Shown here: positions 26,901 to 37,480 of the stretch, piece after piece
How positions within the stretch are numbered: position 1 is the stretch's first letter
Layout of the letters: each line of letters begins with the position of its first letter
Assembly (NCBI GenBank): GCA_951804945.1
Contig: OX638151.1
Location: 75,268,001 to 75,332,000 of the forward strand
DNA length: 64,000 nucleotides
Origin: Podarcis cretensis
Lineage: Eukaryota
Reading direction: 5' to 3'
The notes under the pieces: generated by a model
The model's input: the letters and a program-made list of their open reading frames with translations, nothing else
What the model was told of the DNA's origin: nothing
The model's database searches: none
Program-made: the position numbers and the translations under genes

Positions 26901-28734
26901 CCTCTCTAGCATCTGTTTTCTTCCAGATTCTCATGTCAATCGTTATAGCATTTTTTTTTTTAAGTTCACTACATGGTTACACTTTAACATTACCTACAAT
27001 GATAACAGATAAGCACATTTTCTCTCCCCCCCCCCCCCAAAGCAAGGGTGAGGAATTAGTCGTCCTCCAGATCCTACTGGATAACAAGTCTCATCATCCT
27101 TAACTATTGGCTAGGGCTGATGGAAACTGAAGTCCAACAACATCTAGAGGGCCGGTTTCCTTATCCTTGCTCTAAAAATACAGCTGCGACATCAACACCT
27201 GGAAACATGCATACCTCTCCCAACGAAATATTTTTACACTTAAATACTACCCAATTATTCTCTCAGTGCTTAGGAATTACATACCTGAAGTATATAAAGC
27301 CAGAGTTCCATAGCACTAAAAGGTGGAGTTAACATGTTCCCCTGCCTAGTGAGTTTAACATGGTATGTGGCATAACGACACCAGCGTCATCCTGTGACAG
27401 TCAGCTGAAAGCCAACTACAAAGAGAGAGGCAGCTGTTTCTTTACTATCAGAAAGCAACAGGACCCCTAATATTCCAGTTCATCCTGGTTTGTAAGAAGA
27501 TCCTTGCTGTGCTTTTACTAGTACTTCAGGTATACAAGCTACAGAATTCCTTCTTTACTCAAGTGGTGTTTAAAAGGCCCTTTAAAAAGATGACACATTT
27601 TCTGAACTCAGGAAGAAAACAACTGTTGGAACTGACCAGGGTCCTAATGAATTATTGCCGGAGCTACTGTATGCCTTCTATAAACACTTCAGTGTGCAGT
27701 TGAAAAGATTCAGTTCTCTCGTTCTTCATCTGTCCTGACAGAAGCCACTTCCAAAGATACTTTATGGGCATCCCTGACCTTTCAGCTATTTCACTACATT
27801 TGTCTCTGTCAGTAGCCTGTGCCATAGAGCACAACATGACGTGATGGGAGCCTCTGGACAAGAAATGGTACCCCATAGTTTTCTCTCCAATTCTTTTTTA
27901 TTTTTAAGGAGAAAGAAATGGGAATATGTCTCCTGAAGAGTTCTTTCTTTCTTAAAAATAGCTTTAGAAATAACTGCCATCAAGAGCAGTATGTATGTAG
28001 TTAAACACAGATGCTATTACTATTTCAGTGGGCCCTAACATAATACCGAATCAAACAATACTTAACCAAACAAGTAGGAACTGGATTGACAGCCAGGTGT
28101 TGAGAAAGAATGATTTAATTTTAACTCCCTGTTAATTTAACTTCCACTTCCCCAGTATTACCATGATGACTTGTTCACTTAGCATGTTGTTTTGAACAAT
28201 GAAAACTTTCGTTCTTTTGTTTTTCAGCTACAGTGACTGAAAGAATGATGCAGCTGAAAAGAGGGCCTACATCCTATAATTTATTCTTTTTAGAAGGGTG
28301 GAGCGAGAGGAAATGTTTTCTTATTGTTTCCTTTTCACAAATACACATAGCAACAGCATTAGCAGCTATCCTTTTATACATAAAGAAGGCACGTAAGTGA
28401 TGGATGTCTAGATCACGGGTCAGCATACAATGTTATATAAAGGTTTAAATACTGACTTTCTTCAAGCCACCTTGATAAATTTTATGTATATAAAAATCTA
28501 ACACTGCTTCTCAGCCTAGCCTAATTCATGGGGTTGTTGTGGGGATTAAATGATGAGTGGGAGAACAATGTGCACCAAGGTAAGATGTAAATGCCATGTA
28601 ATAAATAAAATGTGTTTTATGTGGGATAACATTTGAAGACAGCTCATAAAGTGCAGTTAGTACAAAATACAGCAACTAGAATATACTGGGGCAATGTATG
28701 TGGAACACATCTCACTACTCTTAAAATAGCTGCA

Positions 28735-29158
28735 GTGGTTTCTGGACCCAATTCAAGGTGCTGGCTCTGACTTTTAAAGCCTTAAATAGTGGGACCTAAT
28801 ATAACTCAAATGAATGCTTTCTCCCACATGATTCTATCCAGGTATTAAAGTCCTCACTGGAAGCTACTCTGTAGGTTCTTCATGATGACCCCTCAATAGA
28901 GCTTTCTATGTCATAGCAGCCTTGGCTTAGAATATTCTCCCGAAGAAGACCTGCTTAGTCCCATCTCTGTTTTATTTTGCAGGCAAGGCAAACACCTATT
29001 TACCCAGGCTTTTCAATGTGTATTAGCTTCCCCCCCTCCACCGCCCCTAGCCTGCTTTCAGTATTTTATTGATCTTTTTTAAAAAACAACAACAACAACC
29101 AGAAACCATTTGGGGAGATTCACCCAAAAGGTGTCATAGAAATAGTATAAATAAATAA
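28735..29158 (+). mobile_element. Decayed L2 3' end
   Basis: caattcaaggtgctgg...ttttaaagccttaaa motif and a taaataaataa tail. Confidence 0.6.
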
Positions 29159-29477
29159 GATTTAGGAGTAGTTACAACACAGATCATATGTCCAACAATT
29201 TATCCAATTTCACTTGAATTAAATTATTTAGCTGTGATCAAACAGCTGAATATACCTTACAATGAATGTTTCTATATAGATAAACAAAGCCTCAAAAAAT
29301 AAGAACTGAAGTCAGTCACTTTAAAATGATACCACTACATAATCTCCAAGCATATGACAAGCCTTCATGGAAAGATGAGGTTCTAGGATTGGTAAAAAAA
29401 TACAATCCAAGCACATGCAGGTGCACATACACAACACAGGTGTATCTCGGAACATTACTCTAACTACAGCTGTAAAT

Positions 29478-29723
29478 CAAAACAAAATAAAAAAATTCCT
29501 TCCAGTAGCACCTTAAAGACCAACTAAGTTAGTTCTTGGTATGAGCTTTTGTGTGCATGCACACTTCTTCAGATACAGTGTGTGTATCAGTGTGTATCTG
29601 AAGAAGTGTGCATGCACACGAAAGCTCATACCAAGAACTAACTTAGTTGGTCTTTAAGGTGCTACTGGAAGAAATTTTTTTATTTTGTTTTGACTATGGC
29701 AGACCAACACGGCTACCTATCTG
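29478..29723. mobile_element. Penelope-like insertion with inverted arms and a 17-bp TSD
   Basis: ~100-bp inverted repeats (29477-29577 and 29593-29693); direct repeat taactacagctgtaaat at 29461-29477 and 29724-29740. Confidence 0.8.
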
Positions 29724-30516
29724 TAACTACAGCTGTAAATGACAGCATTAATATTTCATAAGCATGTTTTTCTCCATTAAATCAGCTCATTACTTACATA
29801 ATTACATGAGGTGATATTTGAGTAATCTCTCAAAAATATTATGACAGAGAATGTTTATTTGTGCAAATTGAGCCTACCAAAATCTACCAAAAGCTTTGTT
29901 TAGCCCATGCCCGTATAAAAGATGCTGTTCTCCAACCATTTCTTTGTAAATGAGGAGTAAGTATTAGATTTATTGAGTTATACTGGCATTATTCTTGAAA
30001 GCAGAGCAAGTTTCTCTTATTTTGTTTTCCATTAATGAATCAGCTGAAATCCAGACCAGTAAACAGATTATTGGATTTTGATCTGGGGCTAGCCACAAGA
30101 TTGGGCAACTCACCATCTCTTGATCTTAGCCCCCCCCCCCCCCCCGCCGATCAAATGACAATTATGAGAATGTGAAAAGGAACACGGCAAAGGCTGCAAA
30201 GCAGAGTTAAATCTGTGGCAACACATAATGAAGAAAGTTACAGATATCTCGATTCTAAAGGGAGTGTGAGGGGCATGGAATCAAGGAAGAATAAGTATTT
30301 CCTTCTGCTAACTTTTCACTTGACAAAGGAGACTATAATGAAATCAAATGAGGATACTGGCTATCCAAATTTCTTAGAGGAATCCAGATAAGTAGTTAAT
30401 TATGAGAAACAACCACAAACATTTCAAGAACTTAAAGTACTGTTCAAAACAGCCTCGGCAGTAGTTCCAGACCTGTGTGTAGTAAGACATATGCAACCCA
30501 GTATTCTCAGAGTTAA

Positions 30517-30878
30517 AGTAAGGTAAAGGTACCCCTGCCCGTACGGGCCAGTCTTGACAGACTCTGGGGTTGTGCGCCCATCTCACTTAAGAGGCCAGGG
30601 GCCAGCGCTGTCCGGAGATACTTCCGGGTCACGTGGCCAGCGTGACATCGCTGCTCTGGCGAGCCAGAGCTGCACACGGAAACGCCGTTTACCTTCCCGC
30701 TGGTAAGCGGTCCCTATTTATCTACTTGCACCCGGAGGTGTTTTCGAACTGCTAGGTTGGCAGACGCTGGGACCGAGCAGCGGGAGCGCACCCCGCCGCA
30801 GGGATTCGAACCGCCGACCTTTCGATCGGCAAGCCCTAGGCGCTGAGGCTTTAACCCACAGCGCCACCTGCGTCCCGG
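30517..30878 (-). mobile_element. Full-length Sauria SINE with a 14-bp TSD
   Basis: tRNA-like head GGGACGCAGGTGGCGCTGTGG...GGTTCGAATCC, (ACCTTT) tail, CpG-rich; TSD attctcagagttaa at 30503-30516 and 30879-30892. Confidence 0.93.
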
Positions 30879-32525
30879 ATTCTCAGAGTTAAGCGTATAT
30901 AAAAGAGTAAATGGGAGCTGGACTTCCTATTCCCTACAGCAAACCACCAGACCCCAAAAAGCTCTACTGAGGATTAGGAGCCTCTGCTGAATGGACTAAG
31001 AGGGAAGGTGGATCCCCCCCTAAATCATGCCATGGTACCTTCCATAAGTGGAACTCCCACAGGTGGAAGGTGCTTCTGCCTGATTTTTGGGGGACCCCCA
31101 TTCTCCCACAGTCCATCCCACTCAGCAGAGGCTCAGAGCTCTTGGTGAAGCATTTTTGGGGGCCGGGGGGTGGGTTGCAATGGCAAGCAGGAATGTCAGC
31201 TAGCTCTGTGCTTAACTCTGGATCCAATCCATTATTTGCACATATTTATGTTTGCCAATACAAAGCTGGCAATTTTAAAAAAAGTTTTTTCAGCCAGCTT
31301 GTAATGTGGCAAAGAAGATCAAACCAAGCAAGCGAGCCACTCTAGCACAGAAAAATGATGTTAGCTGCTTCCTAGATATTAGCTGATGCTCAGGCTGATC
31401 AATTAAGTGCCATTTGTCAAGAGTTTCACAGTATCCCCACCTAAGTCATATGCACGGTATATACTAGGTACATTTTAAAGCTTCTAATTCTGTTTCTCAT
31501 AGCTAATCATTTAATTGGGCTTTATGGGAGTGTGAAATAATGCAAGTCCATAGAGATAATTAGCCTATTACAAGTTTCCTGGTCATTCCCCAAAACTGTG
31601 ACATCCAGATCCAGTTTATATCAGTTGAAGTTCTGGTCCCCTTTCTACATACAAGCCTTTCCATGCTATTTGTTGTAGGAGGATACATTTAATAACTAGA
31701 AAGGAATGAATTTACACCCTCCCTTAGCTCCGTGGTCAGTTTATTTAGCCACAGTAGCAGCACAGGTTATAGCTGTTCCACCACAAGTTGCAGGACAGGG
31801 ACAAAAATGATGGGCCGTCCCTACCATTATTAACTAGCTGAACTTCACGCCTAGCTATAATAGCTACTCTATATGAAGGAATAAACAGGCAACCAATTGC
31901 TCATCCGGGATAATTTTTTCCAGCCCTTCTGAAACAACAACAAAGAATGTACCCACTCCAGAGACATGGACTGAAATATACCTGTGCGTCCAGCTACAAA
32001 TAAAGGTGCACTGCCCTAGATAAACAAGTCACATAAATACAGGCTACTTATTTAATGACCTGGCCTTAACATCATCCTTTCTTCTTGGAACCCTATAAAG
32101 AACTGATACAATAAGCCTATTTAAAAAACCCCTCAGTCTAATAATTCAAGGAACAACAACCCATTTCAATGCAACCATAGTATTTCACTACCTGATCCAG
32201 GAGTAGAGAATGTTGTTCTCTCCTACAGATAGGTATGATTAGAACCCGGATCTACAATACAATCTTTAGAAATTTCCATTCCTAAATTAAGTAACATTCT
32301 TGCCTATTTAGCAACACAGACATTAGTCGATTTACGGCAGTTTGGAGATGTTTGTGCTTTCCTGTGCAGAAGGTATTTTCTCCAGGTGTATTTCTAGGGG
32401 TGAACCTTGGAAAGCCATGACACCCAAACATTAAAGAATGTAGAAATCAAGAAGACAAACCCACTTCCAAGAACAATGTGATCTGGCTACCAGGTTTGAA
32501 TCATCCTTTGCAAACATGTTCTTAC

Positions 32526-32708
32526 CTCTTTGCCATGTCCTGCATATTTGAAAATCAAGTTCCTTGGCAAGGAAGACTCAGCCTGGGTTACATTGCAGCC
32601 TTCTGTGCTGGGCTCTGTGGGGTGGTCATTTACAATGTAGGTACACTTGTCTTCAAATTCAGCCTCTGTCCATAGAGTCATGTCAGCATCCTTCATGTCC
32701 ATTTTCAT
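32526..32708 (-). CDS. PRDM1: PRDM1 exon 2 coding part (whole exon 32526-32775); start [22 protein letters not shown]
   Basis: Acceptor ttttccag|GCTGCC at 32775; ATG at 32708 with A at -3; ends ...GKE|gtaag. In-frame TGA codons upstream make this the first usable ATG of the main frame. Confidence 0.95.
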
Positions 32709-32744
32709 TATCAACTCTGGTCCTTTTCTTCACTGCTCTGGGAT

Positions 32745-34384
32745 TCACAATATACGAGCTACACAGTGTGGCAGCCTGGAAAAGAAAAGAAAATTTACTT
32801 CCCATTCCTTTCTCAGCACCTCTAGCATTGTGACCTAAATGCTGTCTATTGGCAAATAGATGGCATAAGTGGGATAGCTGAGGACTGACACCATATACCC
32901 TATACCCTATAAATTGAGCTGCCTTCCCTGAAGGAATGCTTTCAAGAGCTGGGGCTGGTAAAAATAACAAAGTCACAAAAAGTAATAGGAAAAGCATGTC
33001 TGAGAACAGCACCTGTGCGCACCTCTTTAGAACCTCCCCTCAGTATCTGAACGGTAGGGGTGGGGGGATGAATCTGCAGATTCAAGGCTTTGTGTGCAAA
33101 AGAGCCTGTGGAAAAGCTGCCTTGGAAAAGTGTCATAAACAAGGAAAGGAAAAGGAAGGAACTGCTGTCTGCGTCTGAATGGGCTAAAAATGGAAAGTGC
33201 ACGTTGGACGAGCGGAACACAGGCTTGCCTTTTCCAAATGGGGAAGGCTGAACTTTCCCACCGGCTTCTAACACACAAACAACTTTCAAAAACAACGCTC
33301 CCCTCCCCTCTATTGACATCCTCTTATCCTCTGACACAGACAGCTGAGGGAGACTGTATCCTACCAACATCAGTCTGAAAACAGCCAGTCTGAAATAACT
33401 AGAAATATTCACTTGGATCAGAAAGAGACAAAAATACAGTAGTATTGTTTTCTGTGCCTTCCAACAGAATTAAATACAAAGTGCAAAATCTACCATCAAT
33501 ATAGGGATTGAACTGCATTAGATATGCTGTATGGCATTGGCTCACTATTTCAAACCTCAGCCATGTACTCTCCACAGGCAAGCCTCCCCTGTGCTTCAGT
33601 TCCCCGTCTACAATATCAGGAAAATACTTTTTTTTAGGGTTCCTATAAATGTTAGCACGTACTATTTGTGTTATACTCTCATTCAGAAAAGAAGATATTT
33701 TAAAAGAAGAGGAGTAATAGTATTCTGTGGAAAAACTAAATATCAGAAGAACACACTTACAGAATTAAGTTTTACTTACCCATTAAAAAGATAATGTTAA
33801 CATATCATTTTGTTTCCCCAGGTATAAAGTTACTGGATTAAACTACAGCATTTTCCAAAACAAAGGCTTTAGGCTCCAGCATTGTACTGCTAATCCTACC
33901 AGAGATTTTCATTTGTATCTGAGTAAAGCAGGGTCATATTTCCAACTCAAAGAAGTGTTTTTCAGAAGATGAAGTGTTTGGAAGAACAAAGTTATCAACT
34001 TAATTCCACACTTCCTCACAGCATTGAGCAGATTTAATAGTTCTTCATACGGTGCTTTTAATGGGCTTGATGAGATCAAACCTTAGTACAATCTGAACAA
34101 TACCTTTACCACTTTGTAGGCTATGACAAGAGAACTAATACTGAAACTCAGTGAACCGGCAGTTGCCACTAGCAGTGAAAGAATTAATCATCATAAAAAC
34201 AAAGGTCTCTCGAACTTTAAGAGAAAGTCTCCAAGAAGAACCTTAACAGGTTTGCCGTCTCCATTCAAAAGAGTTCTAAAACCATCTGTCTCCCGGACAG
34301 GAGTAGGAAGAAAATTTCTTACCAAGGTACAGTCCACAAATAATTCCAGCTGGCAGCACGACGTTTCAGGTAAGTCTCACACAT
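32745..34384 (-). other. uORF2, spliced (34384-34323 + 32775-32745), 30 aa MCETYLKRRAASWNYLWTVPWLPHCVARIL*
   Basis: 62 nt in exon 1 plus 31 nt in exon 2; the stop lies 36 nt before the main ATG; translation not demonstrated. Confidence 0.7.
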
Positions 34385-34575
34385 ATCTACAGAGTAAACA
34401 TTACTTCTTCCACTGGCCGGGTTCAAGTAATACCAATAGAGCTAGCTTCTTTTGCTTCTGCTTCTGCTTCTGGCTCTGTCTTTACTGTCAGACAGGTGCT
34501 GCTGCACTTACTGCTTCAACTTCTTTGAAACACTGGAGGGCTGAATGTTACGATACTTTCAGTCTGTGTTAACCA
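34323..34575 (-). other. PRDM1: PRDM1 exon 1 (5' leader, carries uORFs)
   Basis: Minus strand ends ...GTACCTTG|gtaaga (donor at 34322-34321). The 5' part (GGTTAACACAGAC...GCCCTCCAGTGTT...GCACCTGTC) resembles the human PRDM1 mRNA 5' end as I recall it. TSS approximate. Confidence 0.8.
34387..34401 (-). other. uORF1 in the PRDM1 leader (ATG TTT ACT CTG TAG; MFTL*)
   Basis: Read directly from the exon 1 minus strand; translation not demonstrated. Confidence 0.7.
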
Positions 34576-34740
34576 AACAGACTCTTCCTTTCTCCTCCCT
34601 GTTTCAGGTTTCCTATTAGCCACTCATCTGATTTACTCACAGTCACGGCTGCCAAGAGCAGGGGGTGGGGCTATACCTGTAACTCACACAGGTATATCCA
34701 ATGAAACTCTGATCCAGTCAGAAGGAATTTTTCCTTTCAG
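34576..34740 (-). promoter_or_regulatory. PRDM1 proximal promoter
   Basis: Immediately upstream of exon 1; GT/GC box gggggtgggg at 34661-34670, CCAAT at ~34698-34702, no obvious TATA box. Confidence 0.6.
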
Positions 34741-37254
34741 CAGATCACACCAATACAGTTTTTCCTGTTAACACGTATGTCTGCTAACATTCTGCTGGCA
34801 TCCAGCTTAACTCACATGCAAAAGGACAAACATTTGGTGGTGTAACACTAGAAACTATGACCTAGTGCTTAAATCTGTTTATTTTAACTGGGCATTTTTC
34901 GAACAAACATGCTTACAATTTCCAAAAAAAAAAAGTATTTACAACAATATTGTTCTCCAGGTTGCATATTTTCTTACAATTCTGAGTAGTTTTATATTTT
35001 ACAAGGTAATCTTACACATGTCTACTGAAAAGTAAGCCCCACTGAGTCCAACAGGACTTGCTCCAAGGTAAGTGAATGTAAGATTTCAGCCTTAACTTTG
35101 CACTATTTTAAAAGTGCATCATTTCAAAGTGGAAACTAAGCCTGTCCCTGCTTTAAGAGAGAATGGGTCATATGCTAACAGAAAGAAAAGTTCCATCAGC
35201 GATGCTTTCATTAGACACAATCACTTAAAGAGCATGTTGCTGATCAAAGAAGTATTGGTGTGAATATAATTAAGAGATAATTAAGAGAAACATGTGCTGT
35301 TTCTTTTTCCTCCTCTCCCTGTTAGTGAATTGCCATGAAGGAAGGACATCCTGTGATGATGGCATACAGTGTCCTGTTTGTTTATTATTAAGCGCACAGA
35401 CCTTGCATTCCTATTTCTCATTACCAAACAAACCAGATGCCTAACTTCCTTCAGTGGTCCTTGTCCTTCATTGAGGAATCCTTCAGCTCACAACAGTTAT
35501 GATGATGCATAGTTCCAATTATAGTCACTCACAATATTACAAACATCACCCAGTCAGTTCACCAAAGGACAAGTCTCCTACTTTTCCTTTTTACATCACA
35601 TCAGCAGACATGTTTTTTTTATTATTATTATCATGCCTTTCCTCTTACGTGGGCAGAAACTTGTTTTGACTTGCTATAAAAATGCAAAACACAACTACCT
35701 GTCTATATGGAAATCTGCATTGTTCGAAGAAATGTCCATTCTGTCTGATGCATACACCATACCATCACCCTCCTGAAGTTCTTGCAGAAGAAGGTGAAAG
35801 GGATTATATGTCATTCTAGGTGACACAGTACTGAGAATAGTACATATCTGTGTAAAGACCTTTGGCATCTTCTAATAGAGAAGTACTCATACCGTTGGAC
35901 ATAAGTAGGACAACAGCGCCAAACAAGTGTCCTGGCTTAACTGTTACTGGTACGTAATTCCACAAGAAAGGTGGTAAGGGCATCACACTGATGGGTATAA
36001 AGGTAATTGGATATGCAGTAGGAAGAAACATTTGTTTAAAGCAAAGAAATCTGGCCACCTTGACTTGGGTAATTAACTGATCCTGAGATAGAATCAGAGG
36101 CCTATTAACAACAATAGAGGCTACTTAAAAACATACTCAGCATTGACATAGTAAGTCTGTGGCCTATAGATATATGGTAACCCACACACCAACACATTCC
36201 TGTAGCTACTCAGAAATACATTGATTTGGGGAGGGATCTTTATAACCTCAGCTTTATCACATGGCTGGAAGTTACAGATGGCTAGCTCTCCAAATCAGGA
36301 GTATAAATTAAAATGACCACCCCACAGCTGATGGTTGTCTGTTTTTATTCAGGGTGGCCAGAGATCAGTTTCTGTCTATTGCTCCCATAACATCTGTGGG
36401 AACATATCATGTAAATCATGTGACTGACATGGTTTATTCCCACCATGTCACTGTCCTACAGTGATGGGCAACCTCAGATATCCATGGCAACTGGCATGAC
36501 AGCTTCCTATAAATGTTGCTGCTAATAAGCAGCAGATCTTGTCCTACAGAAGCAGTGAACATGCAACTCATGTAACATGAAGTGGCCTGAGTCACTTCAC
36601 ATGGAGTGGAAAAACAATGTAGTCATACTGAAGCTGTCTACCCCACCCACTATACCAAGATATAAGTCTCACTTTGACATGGATATGTCTCAGAGCTTTC
36701 TAGGTCCCTGGTAATTTAAAAATAAAAAGCAGAAATTACAAAAACAAAATTATTAACAAACAGCTTTTCAACGCAGGCTTTTTCTGCCCATCACTAAAAA
36801 AGAATGGTGATTCTTCTTGCCTATCATGAAATAGCTATTTTGCTTTTCATTTGATTGAAACAATGACGGTGGGTGTTGGAAGGCTAAACTCTGTTTGCCC
36901 ACCATTGATTGTGTGGGCACTGATGATATTCAGCAGAATACAAAAGCGAGCTGCCGGCACAGCATTAATTACCATTGTAGAGCACAGTTGCAGTTACTGC
37001 TCCTATGCACATACCTGAGTTACACTAGGACTAAGGACACTTAGGATCCAATCTCTGTTCAGCCATTCAATATATGCTAGACTAACTACCACAGCAGTTA
37101 AAATGCGGGTGGGAGAAAACCATGTATGCTAGTTAAAAAAATTTGAGGAAATTTTATATAAAAGGTGGAGCTCATATGTGATGCCGCAATGAAAAATGAG
37201 ACACACCACTTCCCCCTGCCCCTTTTGCCTTGTGAGTACATTGTCATCAGTTTA

Positions 37255-37480
37255 CAGTGGTACCTCAGGTTAAGAACTTAATTCGTTCCAGAGGTCCGTT
37301 ATTAACCTGAAATGGTTCTTAACCTGAGGCGTGCTTTCGCTAATGGGGCCTCTTGCTGCCGCTGCACCACTGTCGCGCGATTTCCGTTCTTATCCTGGGG
37401 CAAAGTTCTTAACCTGGAGCAACCACTTCCAGGTTAGCAGAGTCTGTAACCTGAAGCGTCTGTAACCCGAGGTACCACTG
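37255..37480. mobile_element. Tc1/mariner-type MITE
   Basis: TIRs cagtggtacctc / gaggtaccactg flanked by TA on both sides. Confidence 0.9.

Larger units (their letters stand above)
10706..34575 (-). other. PRDM1: PRDM1/Blimp-1 gene span, 7 exons (outer ends approximate)
   Basis: Six coding exons with canonical GT-AG boundaries and consistent phases join into a 2304-nt ORF (767 aa) with a PR/SET domain and five C2H2 fingers recognisable as Blimp-1. Confidence 0.97.

Noticed and set aside
34123-34572. 149-aa antisense ORF over exon 1, containing a perfect CAG|GTAAGT donor at ~34367-34375
   Set aside because: No homology recognised and a single 9-mer can arise by chance; an antisense transcript cannot be supported without RNA data.
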